The notes beneath the pieces are model-generated. The model was not told the origin of the DNA and ran no database searches. It worked only from the letters and a program-made list of their open reading frames with translations. DNA of 64,000 nt from Camelus dromedarius (Eukaryota), in the NCBI RefSeq assembly GCF_036321535.1, contig NC_087455.1:9486001-9550000 (forward strand). The letters are read 5' to 3'. The position numbers were made by a program, and so were the translations under genes. Position 1 is the first letter of the stretch. Every line of letters begins with the position of its first letter. Positions 39,481 through 52,540 of this stretch are shown piece by piece.

Positions 39481-40558
39481 TCTGCCTGGTAACCCTCACT
39501 CCCCCCAGGGGTAGGCTAAGCGCCAGTGTCTCCATCCTTTAACACAAGAAGCATTTTGGGGACTCTGAACTTTCGTCCTACCTAAGTAAAAACTTCCTTC
39601 ATAAGGGTGATACAAGGATCTGATGCGAAATCGTGTACAGTGTGACTAGACTGGTGACTGGCTTATGGGAAGTGTGCCATACATTGTGTCCTTTTCTCAT
39701 CGAGAGTTTTTCCTAAGTTTGCAACTTGTTGTGAAATTTAAAGTGCTCTGCAAATACTGCTTATTCTTTATACCTGTTTGACATCTAGGGACAAGATTGG
39801 CTATTCAGTTATGCTTTAAATAAAACCAAACCCATGAGCGGGTCTTTCTGGGGTTGCTACTCAATGTAGTAATAAGAGGGAATGCAGAATAGATCCCAGG
39901 AAGTCTTTCCTTGTTTTTCCCCAGTTATCACACTGTATCTGATAGCTCTGCTCATTTTACTACTATCAAAGATCATTGCCAATATTAAAACATACAGAGG
40001 GAGAAACTGCAAAATGTTACCTTAAAGCGTTCGGAATTTCATCAGGCAAGATTTGGTGCTTAAAAATGGCACTCATTTGTTAGGATAAATAAATACACCA
40101 ATAAGGAACCGAATCAAAGGAGGTAACTGTTTTATAGGGTAAGATATGAAATGCAAAATTCTAATCCTAAAACGTAAGTGCAGAGCAGGTCCTCGGCTGT
40201 CACAGGCAGGCGCGTGGTTTTAGACTCTGTCATGTGTCACAGAGGTGCTTTCACTTCATCTCACTTAATCTTCATGGCAACCCTATGAGGTAGGTGTTAG
40301 TATCTTAATTTTGGTAGAGCATTAGGAAAGTAAATTGCTTTTTAAAACTCATGTGGTTAGTGAGGGAGCACTACAGTGCAACCTCAGGTCCCCTGAATTT
40401 GGAGGGACTTAAATTTCAGTGATGCTCCGTGCAGGAGAGGATGGGCTCTGGCAGAAGTCCGCATCACATGCCGGTCCAGATCAGCTCAGGAACACAGTGC
40501 ATCCCAGAGTCAAATCATAATTCAAAAGTGCTTTCACAGCCAAACATTTTCCAATAAG

Positions 40559-40710
40559 TTTTTTTTTTTTTGGTATTGTTTTTTGTTTTTGTTTTGTTTT
40601 GTTTGTGAGAGAGGTAATTAGGTTTATTGTATTTTTTAATGGAGGTACTGGGAACCCAGGACCTTGTGCATGCTAAGCACGTGCTTTACCACTGAGCTGT
40701 ACCCTCCCCC
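40559..40710 (-). mobile_element. Camelid tRNA-derived SINE (Vic-1-type) with B-box deletion
   Basis: gaggtaattaggtttattg...atggaggtactgggaacccaggaccttgtgcatgctaagcacgtgctttaccactgagctgtaccctccccc; short TSD-like ccaataa at 40551 and 40712. Confidence 0.88.
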
Positions 40711-41371
40711 ACCAATAATTTATTTTATGATGAATAATCAAGTTTGGAATATGAAGCCCCATTTAAATGTGTTCTCGTCACTTGATTCTCTGCTGAAACT
40801 CTGAAGCAGCAGAGCGTGCATTGTGAGGGGAGAAGAGGCAAGCGGTGTGTATGTGTGTGTTCGCGCGTGTGCATACGTGTGTTTTGGGGGTGATGTTGGC
40901 TTTGCATATGTGTGTGTTTGCAGGGCATGAGGTTAAAATGAAGGGACAAGAGGGGAATGAGAGAGATTTGTGTTCCCATGACTGGCAGAAATTTTGTTCC
41001 TGATGTGGGAACTTCAAGACGTTGTCTGTGCCTTACCCGCCCCCAATCCACCACCTGTTCAAAAAATCTCAATGACTGCTCATCTCAGGAGTTGTAACTG
41101 AGAACCTTAAAGTCTGAGAAATATTAGTGAACTTATAGGGCCTCTGAGAGGTAAAATGAGTAAACATGATGTCACTTTTTGATCCCTACGACTGAGATGT
41201 AAGACTTGGGAATCCCAGCCGTAGAAAATCTGAAATGAGGGGAACATTCCACAGGCTGGGCCTCATTTAATACGCACCAGAAGGATGCAGGGTTGGCATC
41301 TCCCGACCCACGAGGCCTCTCTTCACTGAAAGTTGTGACTTTTCAGAGTCAACAAATCGGCTAAGACCAGT

Positions 41372-41980
41372 TGTGTTAGTTTTCTATGCTCTGTAACAAA
41401 TTACTGCAAATCTTCAGGCTTCAACCAACACCCATTTATTATCCACAGTTTCTGTGGGTCAGGGGTCAAGGCTTCACGTAACTGGAGCCTCCGTGCAGCG
41501 TCTCACAAGGCTGCAGTGAAGGTGTTGGCCGGGCTGCGTCCTCATCTGGATGTTGGGGTCCTCTTCCACGCTCGTACAGGTTATTGACAAATTACCTTTC
41601 CTTGAGGCTGTAGGAGTGAGGTTCTCAGCTCCTGCACTAGACACCGCCCCCCTTCACGGGCAGTTCACAGTACGGCTGTTCGCATCTTCATTTCCAGGAG
41701 GAGAGGGTCTCTCCTGCATTGAGTTTGTTCTTCCAGGGAAGACCTGGTCCTCCTTTTAAAGAGCTCACGTGGTAACCTGATAGGCCTACCCAAGACAGTC
41801 TCCTTTTTGATTAACTCAAAGGCAGCTGCTTAGAGACCTTAATTCCATCTGTAAAATTCCATCTGTTTTACCCCATTCTATTACTGAGAAGCAAACCACA
41901 GATTCTGCCCTAATTCAAAGGTAGGAAATTTCATATAAGCGTTGATACCAAGGGGTGGAGATCTTAGACTGCCTGCCACA
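41372..41980 (-). mobile_element. Complete solo MaLR LTR (MLT1E/F-like) with TG..CA ends and 5-bp TSD
   Basis: ccagt|tgtgttagttttctatgct...ctgcctgccaca|ccagt. Confidence 0.88.
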
Positions 41981-42369
41981 CCAGTGGATTCCAAACAAAG
42001 CGTATGTGTTCAAGTTGCACATGACCCATCAGGTGTAGGGAACACATGTTAGAACCTCAATTTGTAACTATTTTTTATTTCATCCATTTAAATTTTAATT
42101 TTTGTGTAATTTATGATGAATGCAACCTATTAGAAAATTTGTAGAGTATATAATTTATAACTATATCTTTTGAAGGGTGATTTTTTTTCTAATGAGAATA
42201 ATAAAAAAATTTTTGGAGGCTGCTTACTTAAATAGATGGCCTGATAAGCTCAGTGTAGCATTGCTTTTGAGTTTCGAAAATTGATGGGCCAAACAAGAGC
42301 TGTCTATATGAAAGGCATCGCAACTCATCAGGTGTTGCTTATCTTGACTTTTGGTGTGCCCTGTAACTT

Positions 42370-43265
42370 TTTGTTGCAAACCAGACATGATGTATTGGGC
42401 GACAGGCCTTAAGTGTGCAGTTTTTTGTTAGTCTGGTGCGGAGCTGAGTTGTGTGTGATGTTTGGTGCAGCTGCAGGTGTTGGAGACTTCCAGTTCTTAA
42501 AGGAAGTCCTTGTTTTGTCTCCTTTGTTGTCTTTGGCTTCCCTGAAAACGCCTCATCTGATAGAATCTGATCGTTGCAGCTCTTTGAGTTGTAATTTGCA
42601 GTTACTGTGCTGGAGTCTTGTTGTTATAGTGTAAGGTGTGGGAAGGAGAGGGTTGTATAACCTTATGATTAAATATCGGTCTTGTGGAGAGCCCATCCCT
42701 CCAGGCTGTGACCTTAGCTTCCTTCTTCCCCATTCTCAGGTGACACAGGAAATCTAGAGGAGGCTGGAGTCAGAGAAACGGCTTCCTCCAGGAGGGTTAA
42801 AGCTTTGGTAAAGTCTTTTCCCTTGGAGAGTAGGCTTTGTTATGGAGAAGGCTCTGAGCATATTTCACAATATTTACTCTTCCCTCTGCCAGAAACACTG
42901 GAGGATCCTTCTTGACCCTTCACCATGAGAACTTGGTGAGCTTCCCAGCAATAAAACCCATAAAAATGTGGGCCTCTCTAAGACTCTGGCCTCCAGGAAT
43001 TTCTCACTAATGAAATAGTCCACACCCAGATTCCAGTGATTTATCAGAACTGCCATTTAAATGTTCCTACCAGTTTACAGTTCTGTGGGCTTCTGCTCCA
43101 GGTGCTGAGATCTTGTCTGTGACTCTAGATCTGCCTGTCTCTCCAGATTTTGGGGGTGGCAGTTTGCCCTATGACCTCAGTTCCCCTTTGGGTCCAAGAA
43201 AAGTCCTAGATTTTCAGTTTGTTCAGCTTTTTCGTGCTGTAAGGATAAGAGTGATGAAGTGGAAA
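42370..43265 (-). mobile_element. Old L1M 5'UTR / pre-ORF1 fragment
   Basis: ctccagattttgggggtggcagtttgccctatgacctcag...ccaagaaaagtcctagattttcagtttgttcagc; minus strand aatacatcatgtctggtttgcaacaaaaagttacagggcac. Confidence 0.7.
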
Positions 43266-43299
43266 CCATTAATTCTGTTTCTTTTCTTTTCTTTCTAAA

Positions 43300-43590
43300 A
43301 TTTAATATGGAAACAAATCTGGAATCAGAGCTCTAGGTTTGACTTCCGTCTCCACCACTTACTGACTCTGTGACCTTGAGAAGTAATGTCATTCTTAAGA
43401 TTGTGTGAGGATTACATACAGGTACGTAGGTAAGCGTGTAGCCTAGGATCTGGCACTGAGGGCTTGCTCAGTGACTGCTGGAAGTGACCCCAAGGTTCAT
43501 CTACTCCAAATCTCCGCCTCATGCTTGAATTTCTTCTGTATTATCCCAGCTAGGTGACTGTCGAGCCTCTGCTTGAAAATCCTTAATGAT
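43300..43590. mobile_element. MIR (~43300-43470) followed by an L3/CR1 relic (~43480-43590)
   Basis: ccaccacttactgactctgtgaccttgagaag; aggtgactgtcgagcctctgcttgaaaatccttaatgatgtggagctc. Confidence 0.55.
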
Positions 43591-44059
43591 GTGGAGCTCT
43601 GTCCAGAGAACCTCTGGGTAGCGCAGGAGATAGTGCACAGGAAACTGTGTGCACCATAGTGCAACGTGGGAGCTGCGCACAGTGTTCCCAGGGCTGGTGT
43701 GGGCCACGATGTGGGTCAAGATGCTTTTCACTAGGCAGGTCAGGGTAGGGTTCACAAAGATTTTTAGCTGCACATTGAGGGAGAAGGAATCTCCCAACAT
43801 TTGCTCACGAGGCTGAAAGGCATTTTGGGAGAAGGAGCAGAATGACAGAAAAGGACCTAGAAGTGAAACCAGAGTGGAGAAGGAGGGCTGAGAGAGGGAT
43901 GACTATGAGGTTATGTATGTTCTGAGTTCCAAGTGAGAAGACCTAAGGAGAGGTGGCTTTGAAATTCTTTCCCATGAGTTAATTTGAAATTAGACGTATT
44001 CACTCTTGGTCTGGCCTCACCGTGTTCTCTGTGTTGCTACCATACTCCCATGGCAGACA

Positions 44060-44490
44060 CTGTAAGTTGACTACTCAGTACCTGTGATCTCCCTTTTTGC
44101 TAAAAACCGTGGTTTCACATGGTGCAGATTTCTTCCAGCCATGCAATGGATCATAATTGGTTTAAGGCTAAGCCAGGCATGAAGATCCTGTTCCCCTGCT
44201 CCCAGTAACCCTTGCAGTTAGAGAGTCCATATGAAGCGGTCTGGCATGAGGTGTAAGGGGAGGTTGACTGCAAGAAAACTTCTGATTTCCAGATAAATAG
44301 GACCCCTCCTCCTGTCACCATTCTTCCGCCACTTTTGTCTGCCTCGCAGGAGGCTCTGACGCTTGGACCAGCTCTCTCTGCCTTATGAATGTCTGCTTCC
44401 CAAATGCTTGTTAAGTGAGAAACTAAGACGCTGATTAAAGTCACTCTTAATAAGGTATTTTGCTTGTAGCTGAGTGCATTTCTAACATAT
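44060..44490 (+). mobile_element. MaLR LTR (MLT1I/J-like)
   Basis: gatcataattggtttaaggctaagccagg...ggtattttgcttgtagctgagtgcatttctaacatata. Confidence 0.65.
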
Positions 44491-45812
44491 ATCTCATAAT
44501 TCATATTTTAAATTTTCCTTCTTGCCTCATTCTATACCATCTTCATTTTTTTTCCCCCTGAAACCTTGCCCATTTAGATATTTGACACGCCCTGCTCTGA
44601 TGTGGAGAGCGAGTCTGATGACTCTCACTTCTGCGTATTGGGAGGGATACACACATTATCTTGGAGGCACAACCCATAGAGTGAAAACAGAAACTTTCCT
44701 TCTATGATATGCTAAGTGGTGTTTAGTATGAGAGGGGGCCAGCAGAGAGAGGAAGAGGGCAGGGTACTGACATTTATGGGGAAGCAGGACTCAAAAGACC
44801 ATAACAACTGAAGAAATCAGTGTAGAGTTCATAGCTAGGGCGGTGCCAGTTTATAAGACTTTCTAAGTAATCATGATATAAGACTTTTGAAAGAATCACG
44901 ATAAGGTTCTGCAACACAGAAGTTAGCTGGAGCCACCCTATTCCTTGCACTTGGAGATAAGATTGCACAATGCCGTTTACATCACTCCTTGGATTCCTAA
45001 GGGGCAGAAGTTCTCCAGAAAGTCATATCTGGCTCTGAATTCTTGCCGCTCCTGAAGTTGTTTACAAATTCTGCTGCCTTCATGAAGGTGTTGCCTCTCT
45101 TCCCCTTGCCCAATAGCTGTAGAAATAAGCCTCTGTCCAGGATTTTTCAGAAATAAAACAAGAAAGAAAAAAGTAATAGAATTTATCCAAAGCACTTGAG
45201 TCTCTGGCTTTAACTGGAGGATTGGGGAGCCTGAGGTGTTTACCTCTGCAACATATACAACATCAAATTAAGAGAAATATTTGATTTGGTGAAAACTATC
45301 AGGTGATGAGGGAAGCCTGGGATTTTGAACTTCTTGTAGGAGCTGAGAATAGTGGGATATAAAAAAGAAAGAGTTAATCTTGGGAATCTCTTAGGGGTGG
45401 TAGATAAAAGAATGCAGAATGCTATGTAGCATTAATTTCTTAAATTTAAAAAAGAGGTTAATTAAATTCTACTGTGAATAGTATGGGCTGCAATTGGGGG
45501 CATTTTTCAGTCAGCTGGGGAGCCCTATGGCCCTCCCATAAATGATGCTGAAGGGATGGCCAAGGCTGAGGGTACGGGGTTTCCTTAAACCTGGTAGTGG
45601 GAAAATCCTTAAATTTTTGTTATCCCCTGTCTAGTTGCTCTGTTCACCTTTAGCTCTCTCTCCTCATTTTCCCCTCTTAGGTTCTTTCTTCTTCCCTTCC
45701 CTTTGGGAGAAGAAAATAATTGTCCCATTTTTCTCTGCCACTGCTTAGCTTTGGTGTCCTTTTTCCCAAACACTTAATCTATGTTGACGTAGGTGAGGGA
45801 CTACCAGATCAA

Positions 45813-45985
45813 GTATATATATATATATATATATTTTTTTTTTTTGGTAATGCCTTTATTGAGATATAATTCCCATACCATAAAATTCTCCTATAAAAAG
45901 GTGCACAATTCAATGCTTATTTCAGTATATTCACAGAGTTGTGCAGCCATCATCACAGTCTAATTTTTAGAACATTTAAAATGTG
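45813..45985 (-). mobile_element. L1MB-type 3' end with (TA)n/poly(T) tail
   Basis: tatatatatat...ttttt...ctttattgagatataattcccataccataaaattc...tattcacagagttgtgcagccatcatcacagtctaatttttagaacattt. Confidence 0.8.
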
Positions 45986-48900
45986 TCCTCTTTATTCCCA
46001 TTTTCTATCTGGAGTTGGGAAAAGGGATGCAGAATTTTAGGCACAATTACACGTGATAATAGTTGTGGTACAGTGTATGTTCATTTGACGACGCTTTAAA
46101 TCAACATTACATAAAATATTGAATGGCTGTTCTGTTATACTTGTGGTAGGTTTACATAAATCATAAAAATTATGTTGTCTTTAAATATTCCTTTACCGCA
46201 TCACCCTGGTAAAGTATTTTTAAATGATGACTGGCGCTTGTTCCTTAGTGTCCCTGAGCTACATTTCACAAGTGAAATGAAGAGGTTAGTGGGTTGTGAG
46301 TGGTGTGTAGCTGTTTGAGGACTGCAGTGCTCCAGCGCAGAAACTGCTCCATAGGTTTTGCGTGGGGCGCAGTAGGAGACAAAGCTGCTTTTGGCTTAAT
46401 TTTGAGCAAATGTTCAAGGACTTAGGAGGCCATGAAGCTGAATAGGCTCTTTCTCACCTTTCAGAAAAAGGGGAGGATGAAAGAGAAATAGAACGCATAT
46501 CGAGTGTCCTGAGGACACGAGATTCAGAGTCACTGCCAAGTTCAGATCTTCAAGCTATACAAGCCCTGAACCTCAGCCACAGTCGTGGGGAGAGCAGTTC
46601 ACCAGGGCCTTGGATCCTGCTTCCCCTCACCTCTTTCCCTTCCTTCCTGTTGTGATGGAAAGAACCAATCTTGGTAGTCAGACTCGGGGTCCATCACCAA
46701 CACGCTTTGCAACCTGGCACAACCTGTCTCTGTGAGCTAGAGCTTGTTTACTCAACAGGAAATGGCAATAATAATTGGATATCTAAGAGCATCAATGCAA
46801 AGATTGTAGATACCATACCTGGAGCACCTGCATATCACACACAATAAACAATAGCCTTAGATCGTCTTTCATTTCAACAGGAAACCAATACCTAATAACC
46901 AGTTTGCTGACTGGCCAAAACCAGACGGTGTTCAGACAAGTTAAACTGTGGCTCCTCATGCATGAAAAAGGGACATGTTATGCACTTTTTTTTTTTTTTT
47001 AAAGAACTATGCCCATTAAGGACAGAACAGTTTGAAATTGAAAGCTACACTTGTTAGAAGAAATGTAAAACTTGGCTTTCTGGGGTAGTTCATTTTCCCA
47101 AGGGTCAGAATAACTAGACGTTGTTGTTGTTTGGGGTGGGGGGCAGAAGGATGGGGAGCAAACATTAGAAAATAAGGAAAAGAAAGAGCATCTTTAACAA
47201 CCTAATTAATAGCCAGTTCCCAGTTCAATGAATTCCATCATGTAAGTAAGGCACTCTAATTATTTGGTGTCGGAAGTCACATTTTGTCACATGGTTTGAG
47301 GTTTTGAATGTGTTTATTTGTAATCTGTCACAAATTTTAATTTTTCCCAGTTGTTCTATGCAGCTCTTTAGTGAGCACCTGCCTCTTACCTCTAGAGTTT
47401 ATGATTCTTTTGGAAGAACAAAAGTCTACTAAATAAGAGATGTGCCTAAAACAAAGGCACCAGAACACCTGACGTGATGCTGTCTCGTTCAACAGTCCCA
47501 GCCTCAGTGCACTTCTGGTGATACCAAGACAGCGTCCTTTGATGGTAACATCGGCGAGGCCTCCAGCATGTGTGGAATGGAAAGCTGTTTGAAACCAAAG
47601 AACTGAGCCTGATGGGTTGGTGGGTCCCCCTCATGTAATTTCTCAGATTATAGTCAAAGGAGTTATCTGATCATTAACAGAAATAACAAGATTTGGGGAA
47701 CCCAAGCCAGCTGGAATATGCAGAGCTTCTGCAAGTGTGTGTGTGCACGTGTGTGTGTGTGTATTATCTCACACCTGTTAGGTAAGCTACCATGTACCAC
47801 AGGCAGATGGAGCCTCCTGTTAACAGACTTCTTCAGCCACAGAGCAGTGCCAGGTTCTCCCTTGTGTGTTTTTTCTTATTCTGTGTCTCCATTCTTGAAC
47901 CCTTTTAAACTATTAGAGTATTTTTGGCCTGCAAGACACCTGCTTATAAGTGCATAACTGAGTAGTTATGGGACTTTTCATGGAATGTGTAGGACGAAAG
48001 TGAGTGTACTTAATTCTGGAGCATAGAACTCAGTGTTATTTTTGTTTGTTTTCTTTTGTTTCGGCAAGGCCTGAGGAGAAGAGACATGGTCACGCAGACT
48101 GAACCAGACCATCCAGAAATTCCGAATAGAAAGACAAAAGCAGTCACCACCCCCAAGTTGTAAAACTATTTACTCAACGTTTCAATTGCTTCTCCAACTT
48201 TCTGAATCAGGGCTCATCATTTTGTAACTCAGGACTAATGTAACATAAATTTAAATGAATCTCTTGAAAAGAAGAAGGAAGAGGAGTAGGAGGAGAAGGA
48301 ATTGAATCTAGTTTCTTATTTGAGGCCACTAGTGATTGTTGCCAGTTGTCATGGTAACCTTCCTCCCCATGTTCAGTCAGCCGGTATCACTTCAACTTTA
48401 ATTCCAACAAAAGCAGGTCTCCTTCAGTCAAGTGCACACCAGATAAATGCTTTTTGTTGCTTAGTGTAAATGGGTAGCCAATTGTTCCCATCATTCAGAG
48501 GCTTCCTTTATTTAAACATTCTTCTCTGCATTTGCTTATTCGACACTGTAAGAACCATGGCAACCACGTCTAGAGTTTATTTTGCTATTTTCAGAGTGAT
48601 ATTGAACTTTTAAAACACTGGAAATCACTAGAAATAAGGGATCAATTTCGAGCCAAGTCTTAACTCCACGTCAGGAAGACGAAGGACAGCCGAGCAGCTG
48701 GAGTACACGCTACAGAGAGTGCAGCGCAGCAAGCTCCTCTCTGTGCTGCCAGCACTGCTCCTGTTGTGTGTTACTGGGCAGGGCCCTGTCCCTTTCTAGG
48801 GCTCAGCTTGCTAATCATGGGCTGGGCCAGATGGGCTCCCTTTTGCTGTTTCAGAAGCAGGAGGCTGTTATGAAGGTGTGTACCCAGGCTATTGAATGCA

Positions 48901-50524
48901 GCTGAGAACAGGGCTGGGCGGCTGCCCCTTGAACATCACATTGGGAGAATTCTCCACAAGACCGTGGGCATAGGTTTTAAGTGTTACCTTGTTGCAGCAT
49001 TGTGGCGCTCATGGTATTACAGACAGATGGTGGGTTTTCACATGTCTCTTATGTTTTGGAGAGTTTGTCTCTTGCGCGCTCACTGGAGACTGAGATAGTA
49101 CTTTGGGCTATCCAGATGCTCCCTCCAACTTAACTTTCTTCTTTCTAAAAATCCCTTTTTCTCAGTATTATGGAGCATAGAGAGGACATATGTAATGCCC
49201 CTGGCCTCCCTGGTGGAACCTGCTAACCAGAAGGTTACAGGCTGTTCTTGGAGAATTTGGATCAGGCCATCTTACAGAGATTTAATTAGAATCAAACAGT
49301 GTTTCATTCGAACAGTGTTTTATTTCATCCTGGCTTCAGCCTGCTCTTGGTCCTATTCTGTTCTTGCTTGGGGCTCCTTTCAAAACGAACTTGAGATGTA
49401 CAGAGTCTTTCAGAAATTTCTATTTTACGTAATGCACTTAGGACATGTTACTATTCTCAGTCTTTAGAGAGTCTTTGCGTGATGTAACTTGCTATGCGGT
49501 GAGAGATTCACCTCTTAATCTTGCTTCATCCAGCCACCTACCCTGTTTCTATGAGGCAGAAGCTGGACTTTGCAAGAAGCGAATTGTATTCAAACTAGTT
49601 TACGGCAAAGCCAGATACCATAGTGATGAAATCAAAGAGACTCAAGAACTGAAATATTAAGGCCTGGTGAGACTTTTCCAGTCGTACCCCACTTGGAGCC
49701 TCGATTCCTTCACCTATAACATGAGCAGGTTGTGTTAATGCTCTGTCAGTTCCCACCTACTTCTAACCTGCTGTGGATTTTTTTAGAAGAAGTGTACATT
49801 AAGGAAAGCACCATAATTTAAGGTATATTTAATTTTTTTGTCTTTTAAATGATCAGTCTAATTATCTCTAGCCTGTTTTGAATCTCCAAAGACATTGGCT
49901 CAAAGTATTATATATTTTTTCTAATTCACCAAGACTGGGGCGTGTACTTGGAGTGTTCTGGACACTGACAGGTTGTAAAATCACAGAACGATCATCAGAG
50001 GCGTTTGTTGGGTGTCTGGGGGCGCCCCTAATTCTGTATTCCTGGCTTCTGACCAGTAGAGAATACACATTCCCACAAAGGCAACAGGGAACGGAACAAT
50101 CTATTCCATCACACTGAATGTTCAAGGCTTCTCAGTAAAGCCTGTGGCTGACGACCAAACCCAAAGCCGGGTTTCCTATTTTGTTGTCTAAATATAAACT
50201 TCAGAATCTGACTTGAGAACACTTGGATCTGAAAAATAGCGTCTGTGTGTTATCCACATTCCTGGGGGAACTATGGTGTGGCTTGTGTTCAGTCTTTGGT
50301 AGAATGAAGGATACAAGAGCAAAGGCCACTTGACCTTTTCAATAAAGTGATCCTACCTTCTGTTAAAAAAAATGGCTGAATGGATTTTAGACTTTCCCCA
50401 TGTAAATCATCTGCTCCTTTTCCTGCAATAAATAATGAATATGGGACCGAGGGACAGACCAGGGTGATGCAGAAAAGATGCCCCCTTCTCTATGGCAACG
50501 GGCCAAGGAGAGATGGGAGTCTTC

Positions 50525-50780
50525 TCCACATCAGAGGCTTGGAATTTGACAAACCTGAGCTTCAGTCCCTGTTCCATCATTTCTTAACTGTGCAACAAGG
50601 AGCCATGTGCTCTTTTTGAATTATTGTAATAACTTTATCGCCCAGGGCCTAATTTTCCCACATCTGTAATTTGAAGAAAATATTACCTACTTTGTGTAGC
50701 TCTAGTGAGAATTAAATAAGATCATGTGTATGAACTGCTCAGGTGAGCAACGAGCATATGGTGCTCTCTCAACACACAAT
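50525..50780 (+). mobile_element. MIR SINE
   Basis: ggaatttgacaaacctgagcttcagtccc...ttttcccacatctgtaatttgaag...gtgagaattaaataagatcatgtgtatg. Confidence 0.65.
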
Positions 50781-51426
50781 AGGTATTTTTATCATTATTT
50801 AGCAAGGCATGCTCAGGGTCTCAATCATCTCACCTAAAAATGAGATGACTCAGTATGCACTCGGGTCTTTCCTCAATCAAAAACAACCATGTAGAATTTC
50901 TCACACTTGTTTGACCACAGAAACTTTAAAAAATGATAAAGTGCTAATAGAACCAACGGTCACTCTTGAGGACATACATGTTTGATGAGTAATAAACACC
51001 AAGTCATGTTCAAACGTGTTGAAACCTGTGATCACCACACATGACTTCCTGTGTCACGTGGCCAAGGATTCCGTTCATTCCCTGGGAGAGCACGCCACTT
51101 CTAGTATAAGGTCAATTTTAATTATATACATGCATTTAGGTGTTTGTATCCTTAAAAATACAGCTAAGTTATGTTTTAGTAGACAAACTTGTTAGCTTCA
51201 ATTTTGAGGGACTGAAACATGTACTGAGTGTTCTAAGCTAATTGACTAAGCTTCACATCCTGTTTCAGCTAAAACGGTGTTTTTTAAACTTTCGTGACAG
51301 AGGACTCACAGCAAGAAATGCCTTGTGCCTTGCAACCCAGTTTACGCACACGTACAAATGTCTGTAATCGGAATAAAGTATCACATGAGACAATGCCCTC
51401 TTCGAAAGCTAAACACTTGATTTCTT

Positions 51427-51478
51427 TTCTATTCTATTCTATTCTGTTCTGTTCTGTTCTATTCTATTCTATTCTACT
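51427..51478. repeat. (TTCTA/TTCTG)n pentanucleotide microsatellite
   Basis: ttctattctattctattctgttctgttctgttctattctattctattcta. Confidence 0.95.
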
Positions 51479-51989
51479 CAAGTACTGCTGATCAAAGCCC
51501 ATTACTTTGATTGCCAGACCCACTAATGGGCAGGGCTCTCAGTTTGAAAACGACCTAGGGATTAAGCTAGGAAATGCGTGGTGTTTGTGTCTCTGCTTTC
51601 CCCAGGTGGGGGTACTTCTCAGGTTACACTTCCAGTGCATTTGAAGTGGAACCTTCTCCCCAACCTCCAGAAAGCCCACGGAGGGGCCTCACCTAGGACG
51701 GGTCAGGTTGCTCAGCTGATGCGAGGCAGCTGCAGATGCCCATGCTTGGGGGGAGGGAAGAATGCTGAGGAGCTTGAAGTTGTCTTGGAGAAAAGCCCAA
51801 GGGTAGTCGGAAGAGGATTTGGAGGCTGTGCTTTGGGGTGGTCCCTTACACAAGACTCACAGGACTCCCATGGTCCACCATCCCTGCCCTCCAGCCTCAT
51901 TCCACCTGCTTCTCTCCTGGCCACCAGCCTGCGGCTTCCCTTTGTCCAGACTTGCCATGTGCTCATGTTTCAACTTGAGACCCTCCTCT

Positions 51990-52540
51990 ATCTGTTCCTT
52001 TTCCTTCTAATATCAAAAGCCTGCTTCCTATTGATCTGTCATATCTTCCCTTGAAACTTTTCCTTACCAACCTCCAATACCAGCCTCCTCACCTCTACCC
52101 AGTACTGAAATGGATGCTTCAGCTCTACCCAAGGCATCCTTTTCTCTACTCTCCCAAGTATAACACATATTGCATTGCATTTCATTGTTTTTGTTTTCCT
52201 CTAAACTGTCAACTCTCCCAGAGGGCAGGGACCTCTTTGTTACTGTTTTATCCCCACTTCCTAGCATGTGCCTTTGTCTATTATCCTGTCCAATATATTT
52301 GTTGAATAAGGAGAGTCATGAATAAAACATACTTATTTTATAAACTGCTTACTGTGGGCTGATGTTACTAGGAGCCATCTGCATTCAAGTATATCACCTC
52401 ATTCAATCATGGTAACAAAACTGGGAGGTGGGGTGGGAAGACATATGTTGCTTATAAATTAAGAAACGGAGGTTCAGAGAGGTGAGGGGAATTCTGAGTT
52501 TGCACAGCTGACTGGTGGAGAAGGGCGAGCATCGAGGTGT
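51990..52540. mobile_element. L2 3' end (+, ~51990-52325) followed by MIR (-, ~52340-52540)
   Basis: ctaaactgtcaactctcccagagggcagggacc...caatatatttgttgaataa; aagaaacggaggttcagagaggtgagg. Confidence 0.7.

Noticed and set aside
43633-43654. Short hairpin gtgcacag-gaaa-ctgtgtgcac with a GNRA loop
   Set aside because: Too short to be significant; no context
51578-52054. 158-aa GTG-start ORF
   Set aside because: The 3' part runs into low-complexity/L2 sequence; composition is not gene-like; no homology recognised
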